From Peribolospora baueri (lineage: Eukaryota), in NCBI GenBank assembly GCA_029717555.1, contig JAMDHS010000053.1, positions 1 through 64,000 on the forward strand: DNA of 64,000 nt, read 5' to 3'. The position numbers were made by a program, and so were the translations under genes. Each line of letters begins with the position of its first letter. The first letter of the stretch is position 1. The notes beneath the pieces are model-generated. The model was not told where the DNA came from and did not search any database. It saw only the letters and a program-made list of their open reading frames with translations. Shown one piece after another: positions 25,340 to 38,555 of the stretch.

Positions 25340-25866
25340 ATGAAGTTCTCCATCTTCCTCGCTCTCGCCCTCGCCTCCACCGCCCTCGCCGCCCCCGTGA
25401 CCATCTACCGCGGCGGCAATGCCAGCAAGCCCGTCACCAAGCTGTGAGTCGAACGGGCCCATGGTTTGATAAGACCGGGAGGGCAACGCTGACCTGACCG
25501 CACCGTGGCTCGATCCGTCCGTCGCTTTTCTTTGACCGCAACAGCCGCCCAGAAGACATGACTGAGGAGAAGACCAGTCCGGTACCGAACCCGATTCCGA
25601 GCCAGCAAGGCACGGAATGCGGCGTGTCATGCTCGTCGAACCCTAATAGCAACATCAGAGGCAAACAGTGGTCGATCGACTCGGACAAAGTGAACGGGAG
25701 CCAGGACTTTACGGCCACCCATACGCCCACCGATGACGATAAGGACCACTATTCGATTCAGTCCAACAAGAAAATGTCGCCGACTGAATATCAGGACAAG
25801 GTCAACGGGCTGCCGTGGTCCAAGGTGTCGCGGAGGGAGTACGAGTACGAGCCGGCGATGTACTAG
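25340..25866 (+). CDS. 141-aa small secreted protein, candidate Tse2-like ADP-ribosyltransferase-fold toxin/effector (exons 25340-25443 and 25545-25866)
   Basis: Signal peptide MKFSIFLALALASTALA; phase-compatible GTGAGT...ACAG intron; motifs TIYRGGN, LRPED, GVS, HYSI, MSPTEY..LPW; upstream TATTTAAA. The gene model is solid; the family call is by eye. Confidence 0.85.
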
Positions 25867-26779
25867 ACGCGTGGTGTGGCATGTCGGGGGGGAAGGAAGG
25901 AAGGAAGGAAGGAAGCCGTCGTCCTTTTCTTCTTCCTGCTTCACCGTAATCGCATCGTGTACTATTACTACCCCGTCCTCTCGTCTCGTCTCGTCGTTCA
26001 TTGGCTTGAGCAATAGATTAACGGACCGATAATCGATCGAAGCGCCGCTGCACTGCACTGCGCTGCGGATGGATGGGATGGTGATGTGATGGACGGCAAC
26101 TTCGGGACGCTCGTTGGGCCCGCACGCTGTCCCTATCCAATCTGATCCGATCTGATTCGATGCGATGCGATTCGACGGACGACGGACTGGTATAGATCAC
26201 CGTCGGTTTTCTCAGCAGCGCCGTCAGTCCGTCCGTCAAGTCAGAGTCGTGTCTGCCTGTTAACGTGTCAAGCGGCGTTTGGTCCGGCTGGAAAATATCA
26301 TCCACCTCACTGCGTAAGCGTCTGTGTGTGTGCGGTCGACCCGTGACGGGTGTGTATCATTCCTGAGGCAGTAGACGAGATGAGGGACGACGACGACGGT
26401 TTACAAAAGGCGATTCCAATGGAAAACTCCTGTGCTGTACGAAGAGGAGATTGGCCGGCCGTGGGAGCGTGGGGGCTTTTTGAGCGTCCAAGACGTCGAC
26501 GACACGGTCACTATAAAAAGAGAGAGAGAGAGAAAGACAAGAACCCCCGAGATGTGTCGTGTCAAGATCGAAGAAGGGGCTCGGGCGCCAAACGGCGGAC
26601 GGTGCGATATCGAAGGCGAAATAAAAAACCGAAACTGAGAAAGGGTCGAGGCGAGGCGAGGCGAGGTGGGAGGGAGCGGAGCGAAGGGAACCGTCCTGAC
26701 CGACGGACCGACGGACGGACGACGAACGGACGTCCGTCTTGACCTTCCTCCCTCCGATCCCCTCGACAATCCGATCCGA

Positions 26780-29054
26780 TCACTCCATCGGGTTGGTACG
26801 AGCGCCAGAATTCTGATGAGCGACACAGAGAGCGACGCTGGTCAGTAGCTACACGGTGGAGGGAGTGAGAGCAGAGAGCATACACGACTGACGCGTGCAC
26901 GCTCCGAGACGACTACCGTCGACACAATACGACACGCACCTCGAGATCGTCCCCATCAGTCCGGCCCGCCCCACAGCACAGCCAATCGGTCCACCACGAC
27001 AATCTTGCGGTCCCCCCTTCTTCTTCTCCCTCCCCTTGTCCTTGTCCTTGTCGCCGCCCCGCCCCCGCCGCGCTATCTCGTTCCCTTTGTTCCCTTGCCG
27101 CTCGTACCGCCGGATTCTCGACCCCTGCCGCGCTCGTTCCAGCTCCAGCTCCGACTCCAGCTTCGACTTCGACTCCAGGCTCGCCGTCGGCGGGCAAGTG
27201 CCTACTCTGCCGGTGGTACGCGGCAGTATGGTGATTGGCGGGAGTGGGCGTGATGAGCGGGCGGCGGTGGCGTCGGGTGGTGGAGTCAAAGCTCGGCGAG
27301 CGTACCTTGACCGTCGGAGGTGGGGCAGCGGCGGCGGCGGGGACGGAGAGCGTCATATCCGCTCGGCTTCGCGGTTGCTGTCGATGAGCGCTGCTGCTCA
27401 GTAGTCCTCCTCGTCCTGCCGCGGTCGTCGCCGTCGCCGTCGCCGTCGCTAAAGGCGGAGAGGACGGCCGACGTCCTGACCCGTCGCGTACCCGCACCGC
27501 CGCCGTCGCCGAGACATTCGCATCGGCAAAAGGATCGCTGACGGTACGAGAAGAGCTGGAAGACGTCCGAACGGTCCTGCTGCCACCGCTGCTCCTCCGC
27601 TCGTCTCGTTCTCCATTTTCATTTTCTCCATCTCCATCTCCATCTCCATCTCCGAACGGATTGACGTTCGGACGGGAGGAATCGGAACCGGATGCCAACT
27701 CGGTGCCCTCTCCGACACCGCCACCGCCTTGGGCATAAAAGTGGGCAGAAGAAGAGAGGAGGAGCGAATCGCGGGACAGGACGGCGTCTATGCTTGGCCT
27801 ATCGCCGCCCTGTCGCCCGAGTCCCGGCCGGTGTTGTTGTTGTCGTAGCCGCTTCGCCGGAGAAGAGGCCGTCGCAGAGGGAGGAGACGGTGATGGTCTA
27901 GAAAAGTGGCCGTCGACGTCTCCGTCCGCGCCCGCCTCCACGTCGTCTCCGTCCGCATCGCCGTCTTCAGGGACGGCGCCGAGGAGGGAACGTCGCCGCG
28001 AAGCCGAATGAGAGCGGCTAGCGGCTTGTCCTCCGACCAACTCGGCCGCGCTCGTGCCTCCGACTCCGACTCCGACTCCCGCGGTGAGCCCCAAGCTGAC
28101 ACCAAAGGCGGGCGAGAGAGGCGTGTTGGGAGCCGTCGAATCCGGGCTCGTCACGGTGGCCAGCGGTTGTGCGCCGGGCTCGACGGTCCCGATCCCGTCG
28201 TCGTCCGCCGCGCCGCGGCCATCTCTTCGGCCCAGCAAGCTCGTTCGGCGAGATGAGCCTCGACGGTTGAGCCAGGAGCCGGATCGGGACAGGCCATCGC
28301 CCAAGGAGGGCGCGGGCGCGCCGAGGGAGGAAGAGGAGCGAGACTCTCGGAGAGCCTTGCGGCGCAGCCGCTCGGCTTCTGTCCACCGCTGAAGGTTCTG
28401 TGTGAGAGGAAAGGGAAGACGAGAGATGAGACGCGCCGTTTGCCCGCGCGGCAGAGCCAAGAAGCCGACGCTCACCTCCTGCACTTTTCTGCTCTCCTTG
28501 TCATCTTCGCTCATTGGCGGATAAGTCATCGTGTCCTCCCCCTCCCCGTCGCCATCCCCGTCGCCGTTCTGCGTCGGCTGTTCACCATACCAGCGGCCCT
28601 CCTCATCTGCGTCTCTCTCCCGCCCCTTGCCCTTCCATTTCGGATCGGGGGCGAGACGATCACTACTGCGCGCGGCAACGGCGCCGGAGGAGCCGGGATA
28701 AAGGGTGTACGGAGAGGTGGAGGCGGCCTGGGATGAGGGGGCGAGCGGTGAGCGGAGGTACACGGGGTCACCGTCACCGTCACCGTCGCCGGCGGTGCCG
28801 GCTCCACCTCCACTAAGGTCGCCGCGGTCGTCGTCGTCGTCGTCTACGAGCTTGACGTAGTGTCCGGCAAAGGCGGAAGAAGCGGAGGCGGCGGGGGAGG
28901 CGGCGGGGGAGGCGGAGGAGGCGCCGTTGGAGGCTAGCGAGGCTTTTCGGAAAGGGGCGCCGGCGGAAGAGGGAGGGGAGCGGGGGGCGTTGCCGTTCGC
29001 GAGAGGGTGCTCGGTGGGCGCGACGACGAGGGCGGGCGAGTCCGACGACGGCAT
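26780..29054 (-). CDS. Uncharacterised low-complexity protein of a type seen in basidiomycetes (3 exons)
   Basis: Long ORF; blocks YPPMSEDDKESRKVQE|NLQRWTEAERLRRKALRESR and C-terminal WWTDWLCCG...|NSGARTNPME*; NPF/DPF motifs. Confidence 0.85.
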
Positions 29055-31242
29055 CTGTCGCGACGGCCGGCGTGAAGCGGATGCTTGGGGGAGAGGAGGA
29101 TGGGGGTAAGCAGAAAGGGGAGAGGGGGGAGAGGGGTAAGAGAGGACGAGAAGGAGTGGGAGCACGCGAAGGCGGCGGCGGCGTCGGAGCGACGGAGGTT
29201 GAGGGCGACAATCGGGAGAGAGGAGAGATGGATGGACGAGGTGGGCGAGGTGGGCGTGGAGCGGGTCAGGCTAGGCGGTGAGGAAGGGACAGACGGGAGG
29301 GAGGCGGTCGAGAAGGGCGAGGGCGGTGGTGGTGATGGACGCGGGCGACGGTGACGGACGACGACGACGACGAGCGCGCACAGGCGCGCCGGCGGAGTTG
29401 GTGCTCGGGCCGATGGAGAGAGCGATGAGGATGGATGGATGACGATGGACGGTGATGATCATTATTATTATTATTAGACGCCCGTCATCGCTGCCTACCT
29501 ACGTTTGTACGAATGTATGTATGTATCTTTGTATTTATCCATCTATCTATATCTATTTATCTACTCGACACACCCTCTCTTCTCTCATCCCCGCCGCTCC
29601 TCGTCGCCATTCGACACCACCACCTCCGCCCTTCCACACCCGCCCTTCTCTTCGCCCCCTCCATCCTCCTCCTCCTCCTCCCACTAGGCCCCACCTCGGC
29701 CGACGACGGCCACCGCCCTGCCGCAGCAACCAAACGCGGTGCGGCGCGGTGCGGTGCGACTCCCGCCCCGTGCCGCTTGCCGGCGGATGGAGGAGGGAGG
29801 GATGGATGGATGGCGAGGCCAGAAACCGAGTCAACGGACTTGCTTGCTCCACACCTTCTTTTCCTCCACCGCTGCCAAAGCGCAAGCCCGTGATGTGATG
29901 GCCAGCGCCAGCCCGCCGTGCGGCTCCTTCCACGTGCGGCGGACGGGTCTGCCCACCGACGGACGGACACTGACCGACCGATGGAGGGACGTCTCTTCTT
30001 GCCTTGCCTTGCCTTGCCTGGCGCCAGCGTGGCGCCCCCGCTCCTTTATCTTCTCCGCGTGTCGTCCATCGCTACTCCTCCACCACGTCCGCCCACCCGC
30101 CCACGTGTCATGCCGATCGACGACCCCGGCCAACGTCCTCCATCCTCCATCCTCCGTCCGTCCGTCCACGTGCGGCGGCCGCGTTCCCGAGCGTCCGTCC
30201 GATTCGAGATGAAATCGACGTCGGAGGCGGTGGTGCGCTTGTCCGCTTAGGACGCGGGGAAAACAGAAAAAGAAAGACGAGGTGGGGAGGAGGGCAAGTT
30301 TAAATGCTCGCCCCGTCGCCATCATCCCACCGCCCGTTGGCTCGTATGTGGCCGGGATATGATTCATTAGCTATTTCGGTCGTCTATCTTCCATCTTCTT
30401 ATTTCGCAGGATTCGCAGCTGAACGGACTACGTCATACTTGCCTCCCTCTTTTCACGTCCCATATTCTAACCCATCATAGCTGCCAGACGCGAGCAAGTT
30501 GCCTTGTGGGTTGAAGTGGACGCAGAAGACGAAGGAAGGTATGCCCCGGTCAGGGTGCGAAGCCAGCTTTCCCTGTGATGCGTCATTCATGGACAGGTAA
30601 TAGATGATAGATGAGCCTCAAGGATCCCGTTCGCAACAACTGTATCCGGTCCTCCGCGACATCCTGCCCAGCATTCACGCTTTGACGTATGAAATGATCG
30701 CAAACGACTCATACTCTTCACGTTCCACACCCGTATCGTATCGTCTTATCCTCGCTCGCACTAGCCACGTATTCGGAATCGGGACTCCAGCGCACCATCA
30801 GCGCCTCAAGGATGTAACAAGGACAGGTATGGGTGCCAGATTAATGTGAGGACAGAATCCAAACCGGGCTACAAGCCGGAGCCGCACCTCCTTCATCGGC
30901 TCCCTCTCCCCACCACCGTGTCTGTCCCTACGCCATATTCTCTCCGCACACTGGCCTCCTATTCTCCCTATCTCCTGTAGCTCCATAAAGAAAGAACACC
31001 CGACCTGACGCCTCCCCCCGCCAGGATGAAATCGTAAATGACGTGTGCGCACATTGACGCAGATAGGCGGGCCGACATCTTTTATGACTGACTGCGGCAA
31101 GCGTCCTGAGCGTCCTCGAAATTTTGAAAGCTTCCAGACCAGACGACCGGGTGCGCATGCATTTTCGACAGAGCGGATACCCTGACGCAAGGACGACGAC
31201 GACGACGACGAGCGGCGACCAGAAAGAAATATCGCAATCGAA

Positions 31243-32963
31243 ATGCAGGCGGACGAGGTCATCTGGCAGGTCATCAACCACGGGCACTGCTCGTACAAGG
31301 TCAAGTGAGTCCTACCCCCGCGCCGCGTCTTTGGCCGAGCCGCCGAACGACGCTCGCTGACGCTCCCTCGTCCTCGTCCTCGTCCTCTGCCGCCTTGGAT
31401 TCCCCCCCCACCCCGCGTTCGGCTCCTCACAGATCCAAAACACACTCCAGCTTCTGCCGGAATGAATACAACGTGACCGGTCTATGCAACCGACAGAGCT
31501 GTCCGCTGGCCAACTCGCGCTATGCCACCGTCAGAGAGAAGGAGGGTGCGTGCCGCGGGCCCAATCGCTGCTGCCCTTGCCCTTCGTCGCCGGCTACCGT
31601 GCTCACATCGCCGCTTCTGTCCCCCGTCTCGCAGGTACGATCTACCTCTACATGAAGACCATCGAGCGAGCGCACTCGCCGGCACACATGTGGGAGAGGA
31701 TCAAGCTTAGCCACAACTACTCCAAGGCTCTTGAGCAGGTGAGCCTTAGCTTTGCTCGGCTTGATGCGTTGGTCGTTCACCGATCTCTCATTCCTTTTTT
31801 CCCTTTTCATTCCTTTTTTCCACTTCCATTCCTTTTTCCCCTCCCCTCCGCCTTTGTCAGATCGACCAACATCTCATCTACTGGCCCAACTTTCTTGTTC
31901 ACAAATGCAAGCAGCGCACCACCAAGATCACACAGTACCTCATCAAGCTGCGCAAGATTCGGATCAAGGCGGAGGAAGCGTGAGTGGAAATGCGTCCGAT
32001 CGCCCTACACGGTTATTCGCTCGCTGACCTTCGTCCCCCTTTCTTTCCCCGTCGCCCAGGCCCAAACTAGTGGGGATCAAGAAAAAGACGGAACGTCGAG
32101 AGGCGACGCGAGAGGCCAAAGCATTGCGAGCCGCCAAGCTCGAGAAGGCGATCGAGAAGGAGCTGATCGAGCGACTCAAGTCCAAGGCGTACGGAGACGC
32201 GCCGCTGAACGTCAACGAGGATGTATGGAGGGCCGTGTTGGACAACGAGAAAGAAAAGGGCAAGGCGGTGTTGGCGAAGGGCAAGGGCAAGGGCGTGGAG
32301 GGCGAGTTGGAGGACGAGCTGGGCTTGGAGACGGACGTGAGTTCCGGCGAGGAGGAGGAGGAAGACGAAGAGGAGGAGGAGGAGGGGATGGGCACGAGAG
32401 AGTTCGTGAGCGACATCAGCGGAGACGAGCTGAGCGACTTGGAGGACGGCTTCGACGACGAGGTGAGCCCATACATTCATACGCCCTGCTCGTTCGCTTC
32501 CCCGACCGCTTCTCCCTTCTCGCTCCGTCCCTCAACCTCACTCTGTCGTCCGTCGGCCCACGTTCGCCACTGCACAGGATCTCGCTGCGGACAGCGACGC
32601 GGACGGTTCGGACGAAGAGAAAGAGAGCTCGGAAGCATCTGCGAGCGGAGGAGACGAAGAGGACGACGACCGACCAAAAGGAGCCGCGAAGCGCAAGGCT
32701 GGCAAACCTCCCGGACGCCCTGCGCCCAGGAAACGACCCACGGCTGGTCGGAGTGAGTGTCGTTCTCGTGCCGCCCTTTTTCGATTCCCATTCGGCGGGC
32801 ACGTGTCCGGGGCTCTGCGTACGCGACCTGACCCCGTATCGCTCCCTTTTTTCCCATCCACCCTTTCATCTTCCCGTCCATCCCCGCAGGAGGTCCGCGC
32901 GTGGAGGTCGAATACGAACACGAGATCGAGCCGCTCACGGCGGACAAGCTCGCCTCGTGGTGA
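31243..32963 (+). CDS. MAK16: Ribosome biogenesis protein Mak16 (multi-exon)
   Basis: [77 protein letters not shown], acidic tail, VEVEYEHE. Confidence 0.97.
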
Positions 32964-33776
32964 TCGACATCATCCATCCGCCTTGGCCGTTCCGTCGTGT
33001 CGTGGGCTGTCGCGTCCGTGTACGTATCCGGCTTTGTGGACATCATCGGGGGTCAATGTCACGTCGGGCAGGAGATGGTCTGACCGTAGGCACCCTGCCG
33101 GTCGGTCGGTCGGTGGTGCGCGACGATGAAGACGTGACCGCCATAAGAAAAAGTAAAAAAAAAAAAGAAAAAAAGAAAAAAAGTCGGGACGAGACCTAAG
33201 CGAAACAACCCAAGTCGTGTCCAGGCATGCCATCCATTTGCGAGCCCACTCCAGCTTGTCGCGCCCTTCGTCGATCTCGAGCGGCGAGCGGACGTAACGG
33301 GGAGAGCTTGAAAGGAATTCGGGGAAGACGAGGAAGCGAGGAAGCGAGGAAGCGAGGAGGTAACACATGGGTCGCGCGCGCCTTCCCTCTGTCCATCCCT
33401 CTCTTGTCGCCGTCGCGGCGGCTCTCGTTTCCATTTCGAGACTGGGGACGCCTCGAACATGCGCAGACGAAAAGGTCTGCCGTCTGCCATCGGCGTCGTA
33501 TATATATCGCCCAGACACGTCGACCTCGTTTGTCGCTTTGCCCTCGTTCCTCCATCGTTAGTTGTAGTATCATGTCTCTCCCTCCGTTCACGTCCTGTCG
33601 TCCCTATGCGATGACCGACCTCATCCATTGCTGACGAATGGACGACAGGGACGCGGAAGTGCAACCGCACCGGCGATAACAAAGAGTAATAGTCCGGGCG
33701 ATACAAACAAACAAACCGAGGTGAAACCAAAACGCGACGCGAAGATGAACGGGCACCTCGCTCTCGCTCCTCCCGA

Positions 33777-36700
33777 ATGAACACCGCTCGCTACCTTGCC
33801 CTTGCCCGACCCTCGTCCATGACGCCTTCTCCGCCAAGCCAAAGCCGCCCCCCGCACTGCGATCCAGTGACCTTTTCTTGTTTCTGTAGCCTTCTCTCCT
33901 CGCTCTCCCGAATCAAGCGTCGCACGACGACGGCCGATGGTCGCCACCGCTCTTCTTCTCGCCCGGCGGCCTCGGAGAAAACTCCAAAGGCCATCCGCCT
34001 TCTTCGTGAATGGGTGCTCTCTCACGCTTCCTCTGCCTCCTCCTCCTCCTCGCCCTCCCTCGGCGTCCTCTTTTTCCGACTCTTCTTCCCTGAGCACGAC
34101 CTTCGCAGGCGCTATCAGCTCAAGGAGGCGCGCCTCGCAAAGGCGCTCGCCGACGTGCTCGGCGTGAGCACCTCCGAGGGGAGCCGTGGAAGGAGACTCG
34201 TCGAGTGGGATAAGGGAGACGAGTGGTCGAGCCTTTGTGGACATCAAACCGGACCGACACTGCCAGGTCAAGGCGGCTCCGTCGGCTGCTTGGGCCACCA
34301 CGTCAAGGTGATCGTCGCTCAGTCTGTGCGTCTTCCTTCCATCTCTCTTCTTCTTCGGCGGGCGTCCGGGCCGGTCGATGCGATGATGCTACGGACAGGA
34401 CGGGCTGAACGCTTGCCTTGATACGTCCACTTTCCAAGTCGCCAGCATGCCCGCGGACCATGTCATTAGTAGAGGTCGACGCCTTGCTGGACGAGCTGGC
34501 CATGCACTCTCCGTACAGTGCGGGTGAGTGAAGAGCTCTTCGATCCAGACTTTCGATTGGAAGATAGATGACCGAACGAACCGGACCGGACCTTTGAAAT
34601 TTCGCCACTCCCACCGGCAGTCGCCCCTTCGGCTCCCAGGGGACAGTTCGTCATTCTACAGGACCTCTTTATGGACCTCAAGCCGGTCGAGGCTGGATTT
34701 CTGACGCAAATCATCCTTAAAGACCTCAACCCTCTTCTCTACCCTCCTTGTGCGAACGGTGAGACCCCGCCCGTTTTATCCATACCATGGATCGTCTCGT
34801 CTCTTTCTGACCGCATTCTGACGTGCCCCTCCGCCTGCTAGACTCGTCCTCGGCGCTGCTCGACTCCAACGCCGCCTCCCACTTCAAGCTCGACCTTTGG
34901 ACGGCGATGCGCGTCTGGCACCCTTGGATGCCGCATGTCTATCGAGTGTGCGCAGACCTTGATCGAGCGGCGATCCGCATACATGGCATCGGCCGGAATA
35001 CATCTGTCGATCCGACCAGTAGCGTGTGCACGCCCGAGGTCGGGTTCAACGTCGAGGTGCGTGCCTGTGTGCCACTGTGAACGAGTTGGAAATCGTGCCT
35101 TGCCATCCGCAACACCGCTGCTCAGCGCACATAAATCCCTCCGTTCTGCTACCGTCGACTCCAGATACCGAAATGCATCAAAGGACGGTCATGCCTGCAC
35201 GTCGCCAACGTTTTCAGAAGAGCCGGCCCGGTGTGGGCAGAGACCAAGTGTGATGGCGAACGCATGCAGATCCACGTCGACCTTTCGAGGCCGCGAGAGC
35301 GTCAGATCACCATCTTCTCCAAGTCGAAAAGAGACAGCACCGTCGATCGGCTGGACACCCATCCGTGAGTGCGAGCCTGGATACGTATTCGCAGCCAGGC
35401 GCAAGAAGCTGCTAGAGATTGAAACTTGTCGCACCGTTTCCTTCATCCCCCAGGTCGATCCGTGCCGCCCTCTCGCTTCCTCTTTCGCCCGAAGAACTCG
35501 CCTCGCATCCCCTCCTTGCATCCCGCCGTGATTCGAGGCCGCGGAAGAGCCCTGCATGTGCGGCGTCCATCATCGTTGAAGCCGAAATGGTGGCATATGA
35601 CGAGAGCGAGGCTCGTGAAGCCGAGTTCTACCGCATCGCCAGGTTGAAATCTCGTCCGCTTCTGGGCCAGACGTCCTCGACAAGGTGGGTCAGCCGTGTT
35701 CCATGGATTGGTCTGTGCCTCCTCCTCATCCCTCATCCACCTCTCCACGCCTGGTTGGTCACTTCGCCGATGTGGGGCCATCACACAGACGAGCATCCAG
35801 AGCCGACCCAGACTCTCGATATCACCTACAACTCGTGTTCTTCGACATACTCCTGCTGGACGGACGGAGTTTCTTACACGAGCCGTACACCGAACGCAGG
35901 TTGACGTTGGAACATGTCATCAAGGAGATACCAGGCTTTGTGAGCGTTCAGCTTTGCCCGAACACCAGTCACTTTGAACTTTTCCCAACCGTTGGATTTT
36001 CCATCTTGCCGCACCCTGTTTCGGTTGGCTTCGTCCTAAACAGAGCCGTTTCGTAGACAGAGTCCGGCTCGATTTCTCAGGTAGCAAAGACGAGACCTCG
36101 CCGGGTCTTGGGGCTTTGGAACGTCACTTTGCGCTCATGATTGCCCAACGATACGAAGGGCTCGTGCTCAAGGCCGGTCGCTCGACTTACAACGACCCAC
36201 AGTGGCGCTGGGTGAAACTCAAGGTGGGTGCCTGGTGTCCCCGACCCTGGGCAGTTACGGCGGCGCGGGGAGGCGCGCAGAGACGGCCTTTCTGGACGTA
36301 CTTATTCAAGCTGCTCAACGTGACGCTGCAGAGAGATTATATCCCCGGGTTGGGCGATACTGCCGATTTTGCGATCGTCGCCGCGGGATGGGACAAGGAG
36401 AGGGGAAGACTTCTGAATGGTAAGTATCGGCGTGCGAGCCCAGTGAGAGGGAAAAGGACGTTGGTACGGACTCTTAATCATCACTCGGCGCCTTTGCCTT
36501 CGCAGTCGGCCCAAACGTCCTAACGACCTTCTATGTAGGTTGTTTGCGTAATCGGGACGAGTTATTAGTGAACGTGAGTCGATTTAATACAGAAGGCCAC
36601 ATCAGTCATTTTTTGACGGTCATGCTGTTTCCACCCTGTCCGCGACTTCCGCGGTGCAGCCGGCCGAACGTCCCCAGTTTGAGGTCTTCTTCACCGTCAG

Positions 36701-38175
36701 TTGGGGACTCTCTCGAGAACGTCTGGAGGAGCTCAACTTTCGCATCCGGGCTCATGAGATCGTCGAGTGGCCACTTCAAGTGAGTCATGCATGCCTTTCA
36801 GCAGCCAGTGATGTTCGGCTCACCTAAGCTGGTCGTGGTGGCGGTGGTAGAGGGCAAGCTTGGCCTACGATGTCTTCCTCAGCCCCAGTCTTCGTCCGCC
36901 TGTCATCGCTTTCGCGGAACCCATGCTCTTCGAACTTGTTGGTGCGTCATTCACAAAGGTAGGAGGCAAGGTGAGCTTGGCGTCCGCGTGACTTGCTCCT
37001 ATAAAGCAAAAGCACGCCCATTGATCCGTTGTCATTTTCCCATCAAGTATCTCCAACTTCGCTTCCCTAGGATCACGAAAGTGTGGACCGAGTCCGAACG
37101 TGCGTGGCAGGAAGGTCTCACCTTGCAGGAGCTACAGGACGTTGCCACGCGTTCGGTCCATCAACTCGGGGACGCGGACGGCAGCCAAGCAGCATGGGTG
37201 GAGAGATTGAGGTCTGTCGACGAGCAGCATCGACGGGCAGGAACAGTATGTCCGCCGACCAGGCTCTCTGCAAGTTTCAGAGCTTGCGATACTTATGGGG
37301 AGGAGAAGCTGATGCAAGTCGATTTACGACAGCCTTCATCAATGACGACGCCCAGTCCGAGATGCCTGTCAGAAAGGCAAGGGCTTCCGACCGGAGTTCT
37401 TAGTTCTATTATTAACGTCAACGCATCGTCCGACGGAGATGTTACGACAGTGGGTTCAACTTCTTCGCCAACGTCCATCTCCACCTTTATCCCTACTCCG
37501 TCTCCAGTTAAGAAACGTAGGCTCACCCAGCAATCTCGTCGCGACGAGGGTCACCACGGTCCGGCTGGGCCTATCACAAGAATTTCTGCCGCTGGCGCGG
37601 AGCGGCCGACGGCGAGGCCACTTCTCATCATACTGACGCCGCCTTCGTCAAGAGACGCAGCTCCTGCGGTCAACCCGGCCCAGCCAAGCCCATTATGGAT
37701 CTGCGCACGCAAATACTACTTTCACTTAGTGCGCTCTCGCGTCCCGCGCGACGAGCGACGGGCGTTCGCTCTTGCGATTCCTCTGATACGACGGCTCCAC
37801 TCGACAGAGGCGGCACTCATGGCCGCCGGCTACGTTGGAGGAAGCCGCGGCTTATCGTCAACCACTTCCACCCTGGCCGTCGTTCCGCGAGCAGGAGCGA
37901 GCCCTCCTTCACCTTCCCCGGTTGTCCTATTCATGCCTCTGAGTCAAACTCGCGAGGAGGCAAATGCGCTCGTCGACGAGATACGAGAACGACGGACTCT
38001 CTCCACCGTCGGTCCAGCACCTCCTCAGCCTATCCTTATTATCGATTCTGCCGCTCTCTTGGATTTTCGCTCCCTAGCGTCTCGATTCTGTTCTTGGGAC
38101 GGGTGTGCGGATCGCCTCTGTAACTGTATTCTAGAAGCTCTGCCCGGACGAGTTTGGGAACGCATCTTGGTGTGA
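33777..38175 (+). CDS. ATP-dependent DNA ligase, LIG4-like (multi-exon; no BRCT repeats evident)
   Basis: Ligase motifs ETKCDGERMQIH (KxDG), IFSKSKRDST, VEAEMV, VFFDILLLDG, EGLVLK, WVKLKRDYIPGLGDTAD, LRFPRITKV. Confidence 0.92.
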
Positions 38176-38555
38176 TGGGGTCCGCGGAGCACGGGGAGCT
38201 CTTGATGCGCGCATGCGTGTCGAAGACATGACCGGCAACAAGTCACAGATCGTCTTGCTCATGCACGAGTGAAACCAACAAGGATTCCAAACGTGATCGT
38301 CACGATGCCCCCGAGTCCGCCGTTCACCTTCTGGAGCCTGGCTGGTAGGAGCTGAGAACCTGAGTGTATGGGTCCCGACGTGACCACTTGCACCACAACG
38401 AACTTTCGTTAATATCACAGGAGCAGAACAGAGTAAAATTGGGACGACGCTTATGATAACATGCTGGTAACTGATGAGTTGCGGAGATGCGGAGATGCAA
38501 GAAGCGGCAAAAGGGGGTCGTCCGGGAGAGGCAGGTCTTGGACCAGAACATGCGT

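Noticed and set aside
29085..30400. Many ORFs upstream of the 29054 gene
   Set aside because: Purine/pyrimidine-skewed, microsatellite-rich promoter and UTR sequence that produces spurious frames
31484..33199. 571-aa ORF
   Set aside because: Off-frame read-through across MAK16 exons and introns
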